Assembly (NCBI GenBank): GCA_951406725.2
Contig: OX597822.1
Location: 115,940,001-116,004,000, forward strand
Length of the DNA: 64,000 nucleotides
Source of the DNA: Octopus vulgaris
Lineage: Eukaryota
Direction: 5' to 3'
Part shown: positions 12,386 through 24,965 of the stretch, piece by piece
How the letters are laid out: each line of letters begins with the position of its first letter
Position numbering within the stretch: the first letter of the stretch is position 1
Position numbers and translations under genes: made by a program
Notes under the pieces: model-generated
What the model saw: only the letters and a program-made list of their open reading frames with translations
Told to the model about the DNA's origin: nothing
Database searches by the model: none

Positions 12386-12745
12386 TATAACTAATGTAGG
12401 ATAAAATTTTTTTCCCGAAAAATTTTTTATCCTACATTAGTTATAAATTGAATAGTGTTCACTTCCGGATTCTCTCACTCTGTGAAAGTTTCTAGTTAGA
12501 ATCACACGTATCTCGAGATGTGCCAAAGATTTTCTATTTTGGATATATTTGGGGTACTTATGTCTGCTCAGGACTTAGTGCTTGCTTTTTCCATGGGTAT
12601 GAGTAAGTATTTCACTTATATCTCACGTATTTATCGCTGAAGAGGGGAAAATTCTTATGAATTAACCCCGAAATTGGGACCAATGCGGTAATAACGGATT
12701 TTTTAGAAATTTCTATCGGGTTGTTTCGAGACACATAAATTATAA
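12386..12745 (+). mobile_element. Non-autonomous Penelope-like terminal repeat / retrozyme-like element with 5' fold-back and hammerhead motif
   Basis: Perfect 21-bp inverted repeat at the left end (12386-12406 / 12425-12445), hammerhead motif at 12626-12696, embedded between TA-rich microsatellites. Confidence 0.6.
12626..12696 (+). ncRNA. Type I hammerhead ribozyme motif with a non-canonical cleavage triplet (AUG)
   Basis: Stem I TTATCG/CGGTAA; core CTGAAGA (12637-12643); stem II GGGG-AA-AATTC-TTAT-GAATT-AA-CCCC; GAAA (12670-12673); stem III ATTGG-GA-CCAAT; position 17 is G (12685). Confidence 0.75.
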
Positions 12746-12759
12746 TGTGTATGTATGTG

Positions 12760-13100
<341 letters not shown>

Positions 13101-14793
13101 AACTCTTCTACAGCAGAAAAGACACACAGCAGCCTTAAAGATCGAACTACCATTGCTTAATATGAACAGGTAAACAACAAAACGATATGTCTATAATGCA
13201 ATCAAAACTGATCTACCAAATCTTGCTACATTAAATGGCGGTGCCAAATTGGTCTGACATTTGCTATTGTGTGAAGCAGACATTATTCAAGTAGGGAGGA
13301 TGAATCACATGAGCTCTGTCTGCACTTAAGAAAAACATTATTTACAAATATTATGGTAATTCACCAAACTGTAAAGCATGCTTAATGCAGAATTATCCAA
13401 ATTTTGTTGTTTTCCCATCCATGCGGACATTAACTCATCCTCTCAATTTTGCAGAATTTTCTTAAGCATTTTCTGTCAACTCTACCAAGTGGCTCAAATA
13501 ACACCAAATACCTTCCTGCCACCACCTGTCCAAGATGCAATTATGCTAAGTAACTGCAAGAACTTATCGAATATATATTGAGATTCTGACACTGCTTTCT
13601 GAGATATTTCTTTAATTTATCATAACAATAGCAACACCATGCAGAGTCACATTCAGTGATCACCAGCCACCATTCGGTAACAGATGTGAAAGATATATTC
13701 CACTATAAAATTAATATCAATCTACTGAATAAAAAGAAAAAAAAAAGGTTCAACATCATTTCTGTGGTTAATATTCATAAGTATTTTCCTATGTATTTTG
13801 TATCACTATTATAGCCGCAATAGTTGAAAAGAATAAAAGAATTGGATTACTATATACCTAGGTGTGTGAAAATAATTCTATTGTATTGAATTTTCCATGC
13901 AACTGATTCTATTCCTTACATAATCCATACATCATGATCATAATAATAATAATACTAATAATAATATCATACATCCAATTAACTATATAAAAAAGTAAAA
14001 TTTCAGGAAAAAAAAGAAAGAAATGAATCACATCATTTTGCTTTGTAATAATTGATAAAAAAACATTGGACTTCTTAGCTTCAGCAGTTTTGTGAAAGAA
14101 GAGCAGACACTCAAGCAATGAATCAATCAAGCAGAAAAAAAAGAAAGAAAAAAGATTGGATAGAAACTCTGGTATCTCTGTGGTTATTAGTAATATTAGG
14201 GAACGGGGAAGGTATGACAGCAGTGTTCAATAACCCCATTTTGTTTAGAAAGTGTTAGATTAGCTTCAAAATAATTTTTTTTAAATCATGTAGTTTTGCA
14301 CTTGAGATATCTTGGAGTGGGGTCTGTTACACTCCCAGAACTTCTCACCAAGCTTTGCCACTCTCATAAAAGCTTACCGCCTTCAGAGATGCTTGCCCGA
14401 CTATTGCATGTGTGCAGGTGTCTGAGGCTCTATGCAATTGCAAAGATGATTGTCCATATGTAAAGTATAACGCCAAAATATACCTCCCTCTTTGACTGGT
14501 TTCTGCCTTGAGCTGCAAACATCAGAACCCAATGTCTGCATGGTGCACTTTACCATATTCTTGTATCTTGCTTCACTCACAAGTGACTGATGGTATAAGC
14601 ATTCAGGATAAAGCCTGGCTTCTGACCAAGATCTGTTCATACATACAAATATGTATGCGAATATATCAATATATATATAAAACTTGTTTAGGGATGTCTA
14701 GCTTATGGAATTTATGTATATATATGTAAATATCAAACAATGAGAATGAGTGCTGAACACCACTCTAATGAATAAAGATTCTTTATTTGTGTA

Positions 14794-14909
14794 TTAAGGC
14801 TACCAATGGTTTCATGTTAAAAATTAGTTTTTAACAATTCTTTTTCTCTGTGATCAGCTTGAAGAATTATTGAGATATTTTCTGAACATGAAACCAATGG
14901 CACCCTTGA
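14794..14909. repeat. Inverted pair of degenerate hammerhead-like motifs
   Basis: The reverse complement of 14794-14842 (AAGAATTGTTAAAAACTAATTTTTAACATGAAACCATTGGTAGCCTTAA) aligns with 14862-14909 (AAGAATTATTGAGATATTTTCTGAACATGAAACCAATGGCACCCTTGA). Confidence 0.55.
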
Positions 14910-14949
14910 GAGAGAGAGAGAGTCAGAGTGAGTGAGCGAGCGAGCAAGC

Positions 14950-15095
14950 GAGTTTGGACAGCTTGACCAGAGCTGGCAAGCAAGAGAGCTGCACCTGGTT
15001 CCAGTCTAATTTCGCTTGGTTTCTATGGCTGGATGCCCTTCCTAATGCAGACCACTCCACACAGTGTTGTGCTGGTTACCTTTAATGTGGCACCC
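14950..15095 (-). mobile_element. RTE 3'-UTR / SINE tail fragment (family D)
   Basis: Minus strand GCATTAGGAAGGGCATCCAGCCATAGAAACCAAG. Confidence 0.7.
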
Positions 15096-15401
15096 GTATA
15101 TATATATATATATATATTCTTCTATTTGTTTCAGTCATTTCACTGCAGCCATGCTGGAGCACCGCCTTTAGTCAAACAAATTAACCTCAGGACTTCCTTC
15201 CTTTCTTCCTTCATTCATTCATTCATTCATATATACACACACACACACATACATACATACATACATATATATATATAGTTATGTAGCCATATCTAATACT
15301 TCCATGTATATTCACCCAATAAGGCAAACTGCACAAGTTGTCTTGAGACGACTTGTGCAATAAATTGTCTCTTCTGTTTCACTGTACACAAATATGTTAA
15401 A

Positions 15402-15907
15402 CTAGCAGTATCGCCCGGCGTTGCTCGGGTTTGTAAGGGAAATAACTATATAAGCATTTTTAGAGAGTTACTTCCCTTATAGATGCCAATTCGGGCTTTC
15501 TTAGCCATTTCTGTTTTAGTGTCTTCAAGCCATGAAGTCATTGTTCTAAAAGAACGCTGGTCTCCTTGACAATGCATTACGACATTGATTTCCTTAAACT
15601 CTCTTCCCCACAGCTTCACGAGGGAGGGAAGAAGGGGGAGAAGCAAACAGGTGCAGCTGTGACCATGGACGCCAACTCCGCCGCCATCGACACACGAAAA
15701 ATTATGCATTAAAATGGAATAAAAAATGATGTTAAATTATTTTTAAAATCGTAGATTCATCGTAGACGCGCGCTAATACTCAGACGGGCTCGATATGAAT
15801 CACGACTATAAGATACCTGAATTTGGTTAAACTGCACCGCAAAATGTGGGAGGAATCTAAATCGAAGAGGACAGACACTCACACAACTACAGTTTTATAT
15901 ATATAGA
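15402..15907 (-). mobile_element. Intact non-autonomous Helitron (506 bp)
   Basis: On the minus strand it begins A|TCTATATATATAAAACTG and ends with subterminal hairpin CCCGAGCAACGCCGGG followed by CGATACTGCTAG|T. This is 5'-TC, 3'-CTAG, inserted in an AT dinucleotide with no TSD. CpG-rich, suggesting a young copy. Confidence 0.9.
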
Positions 15908-15948
15908 TATGACTATACATGACTTTATGTACATCTTTTATATATATA

Positions 15949-16358
15949 AAAAGCACTATCCGAACGTGGCCGATGCCAGCGCCGCCCCGACTGGCTTCTG
16001 TGCCGGTGGCACATAAAAAGCACCATCCGAACGTGGCCGATGCCAGCGCCGCCCCGACTGGCTCCATCCGAACGTTGCCAGCGCCGCCTTGGGTGGCTGC
16101 CGCTTGCACGTTAAAAGCTCCAACCGATCGTGACCGATGCTGGACCCCCGCTGGCACCTGTGCAGGTGGCACGTAAAAAGCACCCACTACACTCGCAGAG
16201 TGGTTGGCGTTAGGAAGGGCATCCAGCCGTAGAAACTCTGCCAGATCAGACTGGAGCCTGGAGCAGCCCCTGGCTTCCCAGACCCCGGTCGAACCGTCCA
16301 ACCCGTGCTAGCGCGGAAAATGGACGTTAAACGATGATGATGATGATGATGATGATGA
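15949..16358 (+). mobile_element. 5'-truncated RTE LINE 3' UTR (family D) with ~67-bp GC-rich internal repeats and (GAT)n tail
   Basis: Homologous to the 3' UTR of the RTE at 35158-36530. Ends GCGCGGAAAATGGACGTTAAAC(GAT)n. Confidence 0.85.
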
Positions 16359-16366
16359 TATATATG

Positions 16367-16397
<31 letters not shown>

Positions 16398-16521
16398 CAC
16401 AACTATATTTCACTCAACACTGCTTCATGTACATCTAATAAATATAGGGGTATATGTGTGTGTATAGGGGGTGTATATGTGTATATATATTCATTTATCA
16501 ATATATGTGTGTGTCTGAGTG

Positions 16522-16556
<35 letters not shown>

Positions 16557-17196
16557 ACATGTCAGCCGTTCTTAGCAGTATGCCAATACTGTCATCTGCT
16601 AATTTTGCAAAGTTGCAATGTGTTTAGAAAACCAATGACATTCTCTGGTTGTTGCAGTGACTCTTTAAAAGTTGACAATTCCAATAAAACACAGCAAACA
16701 AGTAGATCAGGCCGAGGCAGAGACAAAGAAGTTAACCTCTTAAGATATGGGAAACATATGTTTGTTAGAAGAAATAAAACCTTTTGTTCGTTATTAGCTC
16801 AGTTTCAGGTTACGCATAGAAATGCAGACTTTGACATTTATTTTAGCAATGTTCTGTTCTCCACAAGAAACCCAGCCCTGTAGAAAATCTCATAAAGCAC
16901 AGTTCTAGTTATTAATTAAAACAGAGCGATTGAAGGCAGTGATAAAGCTGGCGTTTATTGCAATGGCCATTAAAATAAGCCCAAACAGAAGAAGCAAGAC
17001 TATAAATATAGAGCAACAATAAAAGCAAATTATCTTCAGTCTTCACTGCAATGTGGTAGCGACGATCACCTTCCCAGCCACACACACCGTACCTGACAAG
17101 TAGCATCATGTTCCAATGTCGGACTTCTTCCAGGTGACAGAAAGTTATCTTAATGAGATACCATTGCCTACCTTTCTACGCCTGCTCTACAACTAA

Positions 17197-17227
<31 letters not shown>

Positions 17228-17749
17228 CGTGCACACACACACACGTTAAAAGAACAATTTACCTCAACTTAATAACGAAAAGCACATCTTCCCTCACACA
17301 TTGAATTATTTACCTCCCAAGCAAAACAGCTACACGCATGCTCATGCACCTATGCACACACACACACACACACAAGCTTGCATGCACACAAACAAATCGG
17401 TCTCTACTCCCACTGCCACTTCATGCTCAATTGTTACAATATCTCCTCCTCCCCCCCTCACACCTTGAAAAGGAATTGTCAAGCTATGAAAACGATATGG
17501 CAAGAGAATATTTGAGAGAGTCCAGAAAGCAAGACGGAGCATGTCTGCCCATCGTGGGCAATTCCTTTTTGCCAGATTAGTATTTTTTTACGTAAATAAT
17601 ATGCTATGAATAACACTGAATAAACTGTACTAAATGCTAGTTGTGAGGGGGTCGATAAGGAAAAGAGAAATGAAGTTAATCAAATTGATTTTGGAGGAAA
17701 AGAGAAAAGATGGAGAGCAGAAAACCAGCAGTAACAGTTTCACATGCAA

Positions 17750-18265
17750 ATCAACAGAGCTGGCAGAATCACTGAGACAGTCGGGGGGGAAATGCTTAGA
17801 GGTATTTCGTTAGCCTTTATGTTCTGAGTTCAAATTCCACCGAGGTCAACTTTGCCTTTCATCCTTTCAGGGTCAATAAAATAAGTATTGGATAAAAGGA
17901 GGGCTGAGGACTTGATGGGGATGCTGGGGTTTGAGGAATTGGTGGAACAGCTGGCAAGGGCAAATGGAGTGTGGTGGTATGGACATGTGTTGAGGAGAGA
18001 TGGGGATCATGTTCTGAGGAGAGTGCCTGAGTTTAAAGAGAATGAACCGTGAAAATGTGGAGGGAGCAGGTGGAGGAGGAGATTGGGAGGGTTGGCTTGA
18101 GGAGGGAGGGTGCCCAAAACTGGGCAAGATGGTGTGAGAGTGGTTGCTGTAAGAGTGAGGTAGATCCGGCCACCCCCATTAATGGGGACAAACCCAGATT
18201 TACAATATTGGAATTCATTCAATCGTTGAACACTGGGGCCCCTCCCCTAAAATTTGAAACTGATA
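17750..18265 (+). mobile_element. SINE family B (Deu/Nin-like domain) interrupted by an RTE insertion
   Basis: GAGCTGGCAGAATC...GAGTTCAAATTCCACCGAGGTCAACTTTGCCTTTCATCCTTTCAGGGTCAATAAAATAAGTA, resuming at ~18226 with GTTGAACACTGGGG. Confidence 0.75.
17893..18215 (+). mobile_element. 5'-truncated RTE LINE 3' end (second RTE family)
   Basis: Translates RRAEDLMGMLGFEELVEQLARANGVWWYGHVLRRDGDHVLRR and WREQVEEEIGRVGLRREGAQNWARW, the WxGHVxR C-terminal motif of RTE ORF2. Confidence 0.85.
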
Positions 18266-18274
18266 TTCACTTTA

Positions 18275-18485
18275 AGGCAGCTGAAAGAACCTTTACTGTT
18301 GCAGAAAAACTGCTTGGCAGCAGTTCTTCCAGCTTTACATTCTGAGTTCAAATGTCACCAGGGTTAACTTTGCCTTCCATCCTTTCAGGATTGACAAAAT
18401 AAGTACCATTTGAATACTGGGACCGATGAAATGACTAGCCTCCTCTACCGAACTTGCTGGCCTTGTGCCAAAATTTGAAATCAAT
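18275..18485 (+). mobile_element. SINE family B
   Basis: TCTGAGTTCAAAT...AACTTTGCCTTCCATCCTTTCAGGATTGACAAAATAAGTACC...TTGCTGGCCTTGTGCCAAAATTTGAAA. Confidence 0.75.
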
Positions 18486-19818
18486 ATTTACTATCCTTTG
18501 CTTTATCGTTGCTATTTAAACATTTTACATCCATTTTCCATAACAGCAAGAGATAGAGGGTTTTTTAAAAAAATTTTATTTATCTTCATATGAATTGCTG
18601 GAGTAAATAATTTTTATAGCTGGATATCTTTTACTAATCTTCACTAATTAAACCAGAATGCAAGGTAACTAGCAAGTATTTTTGTAAATGATTAGAAGCA
18701 CATACCACTATGGCTGTAACAAAGACTAATTTCAAAACTTTCCAGTTATCACACAACTCAGCAACCATGAAATCTAGAATCTGTGTGGAAACTCTAAACT
18801 GAACCAATTGATAAGGCAACTTCCACAGCCGTGCCTCAGCTGAGTCACTATTCAATCATTTGATCTAAAGCGGTAATTTTATACAGCATCTTGAGTGCAA
18901 GTAATGCCTAGGTTTTTCACTGACAACATATGTTAAAACATAAGAAATTACTTTGGCAAACTATCCTATGAGAGGAGATTCTTATCTTTTGCAACAGTTA
19001 GAGCAACCAAATCAGCCGCAAACCACACACTACATCATCATCATCATCATCAACAATGTCCAGTTTCGTGCTTGCATGGTTTGACAGAAGTTGGCAAGTC
19101 AGATGACTGCACCAGGTTTCAATGCCTGGTTTGGCATGTTTTTTTTACACCTGGATGCTGTTCCTAACACCAACCACACAACAGATGGACCAGTCTTAAA
19201 AAAATTCTAGATACCCAAGATAATGCATTCCCAGAGACTTTATGCCTTAAAACTTAACAGAAACAAAAGGGTGATTGCAACTGGAATTTTTGTCAATTTA
19301 ATCAGGGCTGAGCTGGAGTAAAAAACATCTCATTACTACAAATTGACTCCAGACTATTCCCAACTATCAGGCTGGCTTCTCTCTCCATCATTTTCTACCA
19401 TTTGTTCCATGAAGCTCTTCTCTGCACATGAACAGAAATGTGAAAGAGACTGAGGAGTGGAGTTATTATTTCAGTTAGGCTACACCCATTAAGTATATAT
19501 TAGTCACTCAATGAATAAAGAACTATTAGCAGTGTATTTTTCACTTAGTAAACTTCTATAGACTCCATAATTGTATGTAATGAATTTCCATCAGTTTTAT
19601 TTACTAAGCTCTTATCGGTCATTCTTGGTGATTTTTAGCTATGTAAATCCTGATGTATGCAGTCCCTAATACATTGATAGTAAGCATAATGGAAGCCAAC
19701 AAAGAAAGCTTTATGCAGTGGCTGAAACATCTAAGAATGGCAGTCAAATCTCCCTCAAATCACATTCTATAGTCTTAAATGAAAGGAAAATACACTGGAT
19801 AATGTAATCTTAAATATA

Positions 19819-20028
19819 TTAACCTTTTAGCATTCAGATTACTCTACTATCAAATGTGATGCTTATTTATTCACATTGCTTTGAATTAATCATGCTATGT
19901 CAGAGCTTTGAGATTTCAATGGAATGACATTGTAGGGTAGCTGTGAGAGGTCAGATCTGGCTAGTCTGAGCATAAAACAAGTAGGACATTTGGGCTGGAC
20001 ACGGCCGGTTCATATGCTAATGTGTTAA
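19819..20028 (+). mobile_element. piggyBac-like MITE (family E), nested in an older SINE-like repeat
   Basis: TTAA-CCTTTTAGCATT ... TATGCTAATGTG-TTAA. Homologous copies at 26244-26468 and 39309-39538. Confidence 0.75.
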
Positions 20029-23000
20029 GCCAAAAAGAAATGGAACAGTCATGGCTGGAACACCCATGAGTATAGGTCTACTCAAAGCTGGTACTAAATA
20101 ACAACAGCAACAACAACATAGAAACTTATACTTCCAAGTATAACAACAAAAATACTAAAAGTAAAGTAACTAAGTTGTTAGACTACTAACCACAGGATTA
20201 TGAGTTCAAGCTCCATCGTAATCCCTATTTTACCTCCAAACAAAATACAATACATATTTCATACAGTCTAGTTTAACAATAGATTCCATTACAACTCCTT
20301 TACTGAATAGGTTGGAATAAAAATAATGGATGTGAAATAGTTGAAAATCTCTAAATTTACTAAACTGGCCAACCCTAACAAGCATAGGAAAATAGATGAA
20401 GAAGTATAAGAAAAGAAAGAAATAACAGTGAAAAATGGTTGTATGTCAACTTTTATTCTGGCTTAGAATATCAGTAAACTGGATTCTATCTTCTAAGTAG
20501 ATTGAATCAAACAGATAGAGAAAAAGTGAGTAATCCCAAAGAAAATGACAGCAAGAATTGAGTTTGTGCTTTTGTAGTTTTATGGCTGTTTGGAGGTTTT
20601 ATTTCTTTGAACACTTTAGAGAGAAAAGCATTGTTTTGAAAGAAGCAGAATTCAGTTAACCTTGAGTGCACCAGTAGTGCGTGAATGTCTGTTGTTGTGG
20701 TTCACTGCAACTAGTAATGCTATACATCATTTGGAACTGCTTAACAACTTGGTGCTGCACATGAAACTCACAAACTTATCCACATGAGAATGCAAAAGCA
20801 ACAGAGCAGTGAAGTAATTTTTATCTGCAGTGTCCCATTACATGCAATTGTGCTCTGAAATGCTGATTCAGTTTTCTGAAATTCTGTGTTCAACCAGGAA
20901 ACAGAACAGAGTAGAGAAAATTACAAATAACACTGACAAAGCAAGTATGAAGTATAGCATTCGAAACTGTTCGATAACAGCAAATACTGCTTAGTTCCAG
21001 TGAACCAGAATAGTGAATCAGCTCCGTGGGTGTATAACCTTAAAGTATTTGTATATTGAACAGCAGGCAATGGGGCGTGTTTGTGTTACATGGCAATGTA
21101 AGCAAAAAGGAGAAATTAAAATTAGATGTTTGGAGAATAAAGGAGAGAGAATAGGGAAGAAAAGTTGAATTGAATTATCAATTGTTTTATTACAAACAAG
21201 GGAATAGACACAGTAGGTAAATGATTAACCCTGTTGTTATCATCGTTACCAACTGAACTGAAAACAATTAATTTTGATAAAGATTCAGTTTCAACTACTT
21301 GGTATCATAAGTAACTATATCTAGCTGTAAAATACGGCTACAGCTGTTAAAAAATCTGGATTTACAAAATTAATCAGGATATGGTAGTATAGAGACTGTG
21401 ACTTATTGAGAAAAGGGTTGGAAGTAAAAAAAAAAACAAGAAAGGAATATGGCTACATAGAAAAGCTATTCAATTCTTCAGTGTGTCATTTACTGAAATT
21501 GGCTCAGGTTCACAGCCAGTTGCATTGAACCACTTAGAAACTTACTTTGAAAAGACTGTCAAACTAAACAGGTGGTAAAAATTACATACAAACTCATACA
21601 TTTGCTCTCGGGTTTTCCTAAGTGACAGGAATAACACCAACTATCACTACTGTCACATGATTTACTGAAAAACTGAATTTTAGTCACAAATATAAAACAC
21701 ACATTACCATAGTCACTAACGAGAAATTCGAAAAAATTTCAATGTTTCAACAACTTGTTTTTGTTTAAATACAAAAGCCTCCCCCCTTTCTCTCTTGCTC
21801 CCAATTACTAACACCATATGTAACACAAACATACTGAAAAATTAACATAAATCACTGCCATTAGAGAAAGCCACATAGGAGAAAGGGGGAGAGAGAGAGA
21901 GAGAGTGGGAGGAGGAGAATCGGTCCAACTATTTGACACTAAAACAAAAAACAATTAGCAAAGTAATTATTTATCCAAGTTTGAGTTCTTTGTATAACTT
22001 AAAGAAAACAAAAGAAAAATTACACTACAACGGAGACCCAGGGACAAATTTATGGTTTAAAGACAAAACTGGATGGAGCTGCCAAAGAATACAGTTTCCT
22101 TGGTTGGACAATTGAGCTGAGAGGCAGATGTTACCTGGACATTTGATGTTATGGTAAGGAGATACTTAAACGAAAACAGACGAAATACAGCAAAAAAAGA
22201 AAAAACATTAGATGACACACAACATGGTAGAACAGTGGAGGGGCTGGACCATTTAGCTAGTCAAGAGAACGAAGATTAATCTTTCTCCTGTTGAACCCAC
22301 AGTACAACTTCTAACAGCTGAAAGTAATGGTAAAACTAAGCCAGTGGGAAAACAAAGAATGAAGTGAAAGGAAACCCACTGAAAATCAGTTGCCAACGAC
22401 CGAGTTCAATTTTAAAAATTACGATGACACTTGCTGAAATCATCCGAAGATAGATATGATTCAGCAGAGGATTCTACACAATTATTCCAGGAAGCAAATA
22501 GCCATGCTAGAGCATAAGTTAAACAGTTTCATGGTAGCTGTCCTTACTCTTGGTACTCTGAGTTCAAATCTCATCCAGGTCAACTTTACATTAGATTCTT
22601 TCAGATTCAATAAAAAACAAAAAAGCACCAATTCATGGTATTGAACTGGACGTAACTGTAAGGATTTTGCACTAGACACTTTGCAGTATTTGCTCTGGCT
22701 CTTTGCATTCTGAGTTCAATTCCTACCATGGTCTACTTGGGTGGTAAACTAATCTTTAACACCACCACCTGGCACCTTAGGTGCTTCTAATGGAATCCAC
22801 CGTTAACAGCATCCAAGCTAGGTCCTCAATTTGCAGATACATCCCTCCTTCTGCTGGTCCCAAAAGCTTTATGAAAAAATCACGGCCACAGCCTTGCCTA
22901 CTGACTAAAAGATAAAAATGAAATAAATTATGAAAAGAAACACTGAGACGATCACAAAAAAAGAAGATGAATTCTTCAAATGAAATCACAAACTATTAAG

Positions 23001-23559
23001 TATCCAAATCAAGAAAGAACACAAAATATTCTCCTAAATTTTTAGATTATTTAAGGTTTAAAGAAACATAAAAATATGTAAATTATTTATTCATTAACAG
23101 AACCAATATATCTGAAAAGAAAGGGGTAGTGCTGGGCAGTTAGGGTTCCAGACGACAGATATGAAGACTATAATCTTAATGAGAAAGGTATTTTAATTGG
23201 TGTAGCCAACCTCTCCGAAGACTGGTGCCTTGCTAACTCAACAGTAAGGCAAATAACAATACTTGAAGGATAAAATGGAACACCTGCTCCAGAAATGCAT
23301 GTGAATTATCCCAACTTTGCTGGAATGGTGAACCAGACATAAAAGAAAAACAAAAACAAAAATAATAAAATGGGAAACAAAAATATACATTCACTCAACA
23401 CACACTCATATATACATCTGTGTGTATGTATATATATATATATATATATAGATATACACACACACAAATAAAATGCATGTCCTCAAAACTTAACATGGCG
23501 ATTAGCTTACTTGTTCCTACCAACAAGAAATTTACAAGCAAAACCTACTACAACTACTA

Positions 23560-23591
<32 letters not shown>

Positions 23592-24185
23592 ACAAGTGAA
23601 GCAACAAACAACAAAAGATAGTTTTTAAAAAAAACAAAAACATTTTTAAAAAGGTTAAAAAACAAAAAGGTGTGGAATTCAGTAGAAAAAGCAGAACTGC
23701 TAAGTTGTTTTGATAGGCAGTGACCTTATCAAAAGTGTAAGAGATGGCATCAGAAGCACCAACAGCAACTCTTACAACAAGAATGAGCAATCAGTTGTCA
23801 CTTTGTGGACACATCTGGAATTTTCTATTTGATTTCATGCAGCAATTACTAACACGCTAAGCACAGCCATGACTGATATACTGCAACATCCATTACCACC
23901 CACCCCTCCCTCCCTCTCTCTCCCTCTCTCTCTCTCTCAACACAGAGCAATATCTAGTTTCAAAGATAGTTTGTAACAGCAGTCGCAGTGGGTGGTGGTG
24001 CACTGGAGTGATTTTCCATTGCATTCTCTGGGTAGACAGGCATAAAGTCTAAAATTCACACGTGCGGTGACTATGACTAGAAACTGAAGCAGTGTCAGAG
24101 AAATAGCTCACCCACTGCAATTCTTTTGCACGAATCCACAGCAATACTACAAATATTATTTAAGTAAGTTTCAATGGCCCACGGG

Positions 24186-24710
24186 CAGGGCCGTCTTAGT
24201 AGCATTATAGATTCCTGGGCAAATCAATGCTCTAGGCCCTACAGAAAGAAAGGAGCCACTTTAGTCATGAATAACCATGGGATTGCACCTAGAAAGTTAC
24301 CCTCCAAGGCGCAAGTCTGGGCAGGGTTATTTATGAAAAACCCCTAACCCTAACCCATGCCTACCAGCCTTCCCTCTCCAGGCTACTGATGCTATCCAAA
24401 GGAAAGGCAAAGGGGCCGATACAGCTTGGCACCAGTGACATCGCAACTCATTTCTACAGCTGAGTGAGCTTAAGCAACGTGAAATGAAGTGTCTTGCTCA
24501 AGAACACAACACACAGCCCAGCCTGGGAATGAAACTCGCTACCTCATGATTGTGATCCAGATGCTCAACCACTGAGCCATGTATCTTCCCACTAGGCCTT
24601 ATAGTATTTATTAACAACAAACCACAGGGTACATAGATCATAATTGGGCACCTAGACCCATGAGGACCCCTGGCAAACACCTAATGTAACTATACATTAA
24701 GACAGTACTG
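24186..24710. mobile_element. hAT-type MITE carrying a nested SINE
   Basis: TIRs CAGGGCCGTCTTA / TAAGACAGTACTG. Degenerate 8-bp TSD cccacggg / cccaggag. Confidence 0.7.
24260..24585 (-). mobile_element. CORE-like SINE, family C (long-tail variant)
   Basis: Reverse complement is colinear with 49655-49958. Confidence 0.85.
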
Positions 24711-24763
24711 CCCAGGAGACAATTTAAACCCAGTATTCTGAATTAGGAAAAACAGTCCTCCAA

Positions 24764-24965
24764 AGGCGATGGGGAGCTGGCAGAATTGTTAGCACACTGG
24801 GGAAAATGCCAAACAGCATTTCGTCTGTCTTTAATGTTCTGAGTTCAAATTCCACCATTGTCCACTATGCTTTTTATCCTTTCTGGGTTGATAAAATAAG
24901 TACTACTTAAACACTAGCATCGAAATCTCTGAGATTGCTGGCCTTGCACCACAACTTGAAATCAT
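24764..24965 (+). mobile_element. SINE family B
   Basis: GGCGATGGGGAGCTGGCAGAATTGTTAGCAC...GAGTTCAAATTCC...GATAAAATAAGTAC. Confidence 0.8.

Noticed and set aside
15949-16185. HDV-like ribozyme in the RTE repeat units
   Set aside because: I could not build the nested double pseudoknot, and such ribozymes are expected at RTE 5' ends rather than 3' UTRs.
15879-16301. GC-rich ORFs on both strands (also 51371-52005 and 36109-36798)
   Set aside because: They lie in the non-coding, repeat-containing 3' UTR of the RTE family; frames are not conserved between copies.
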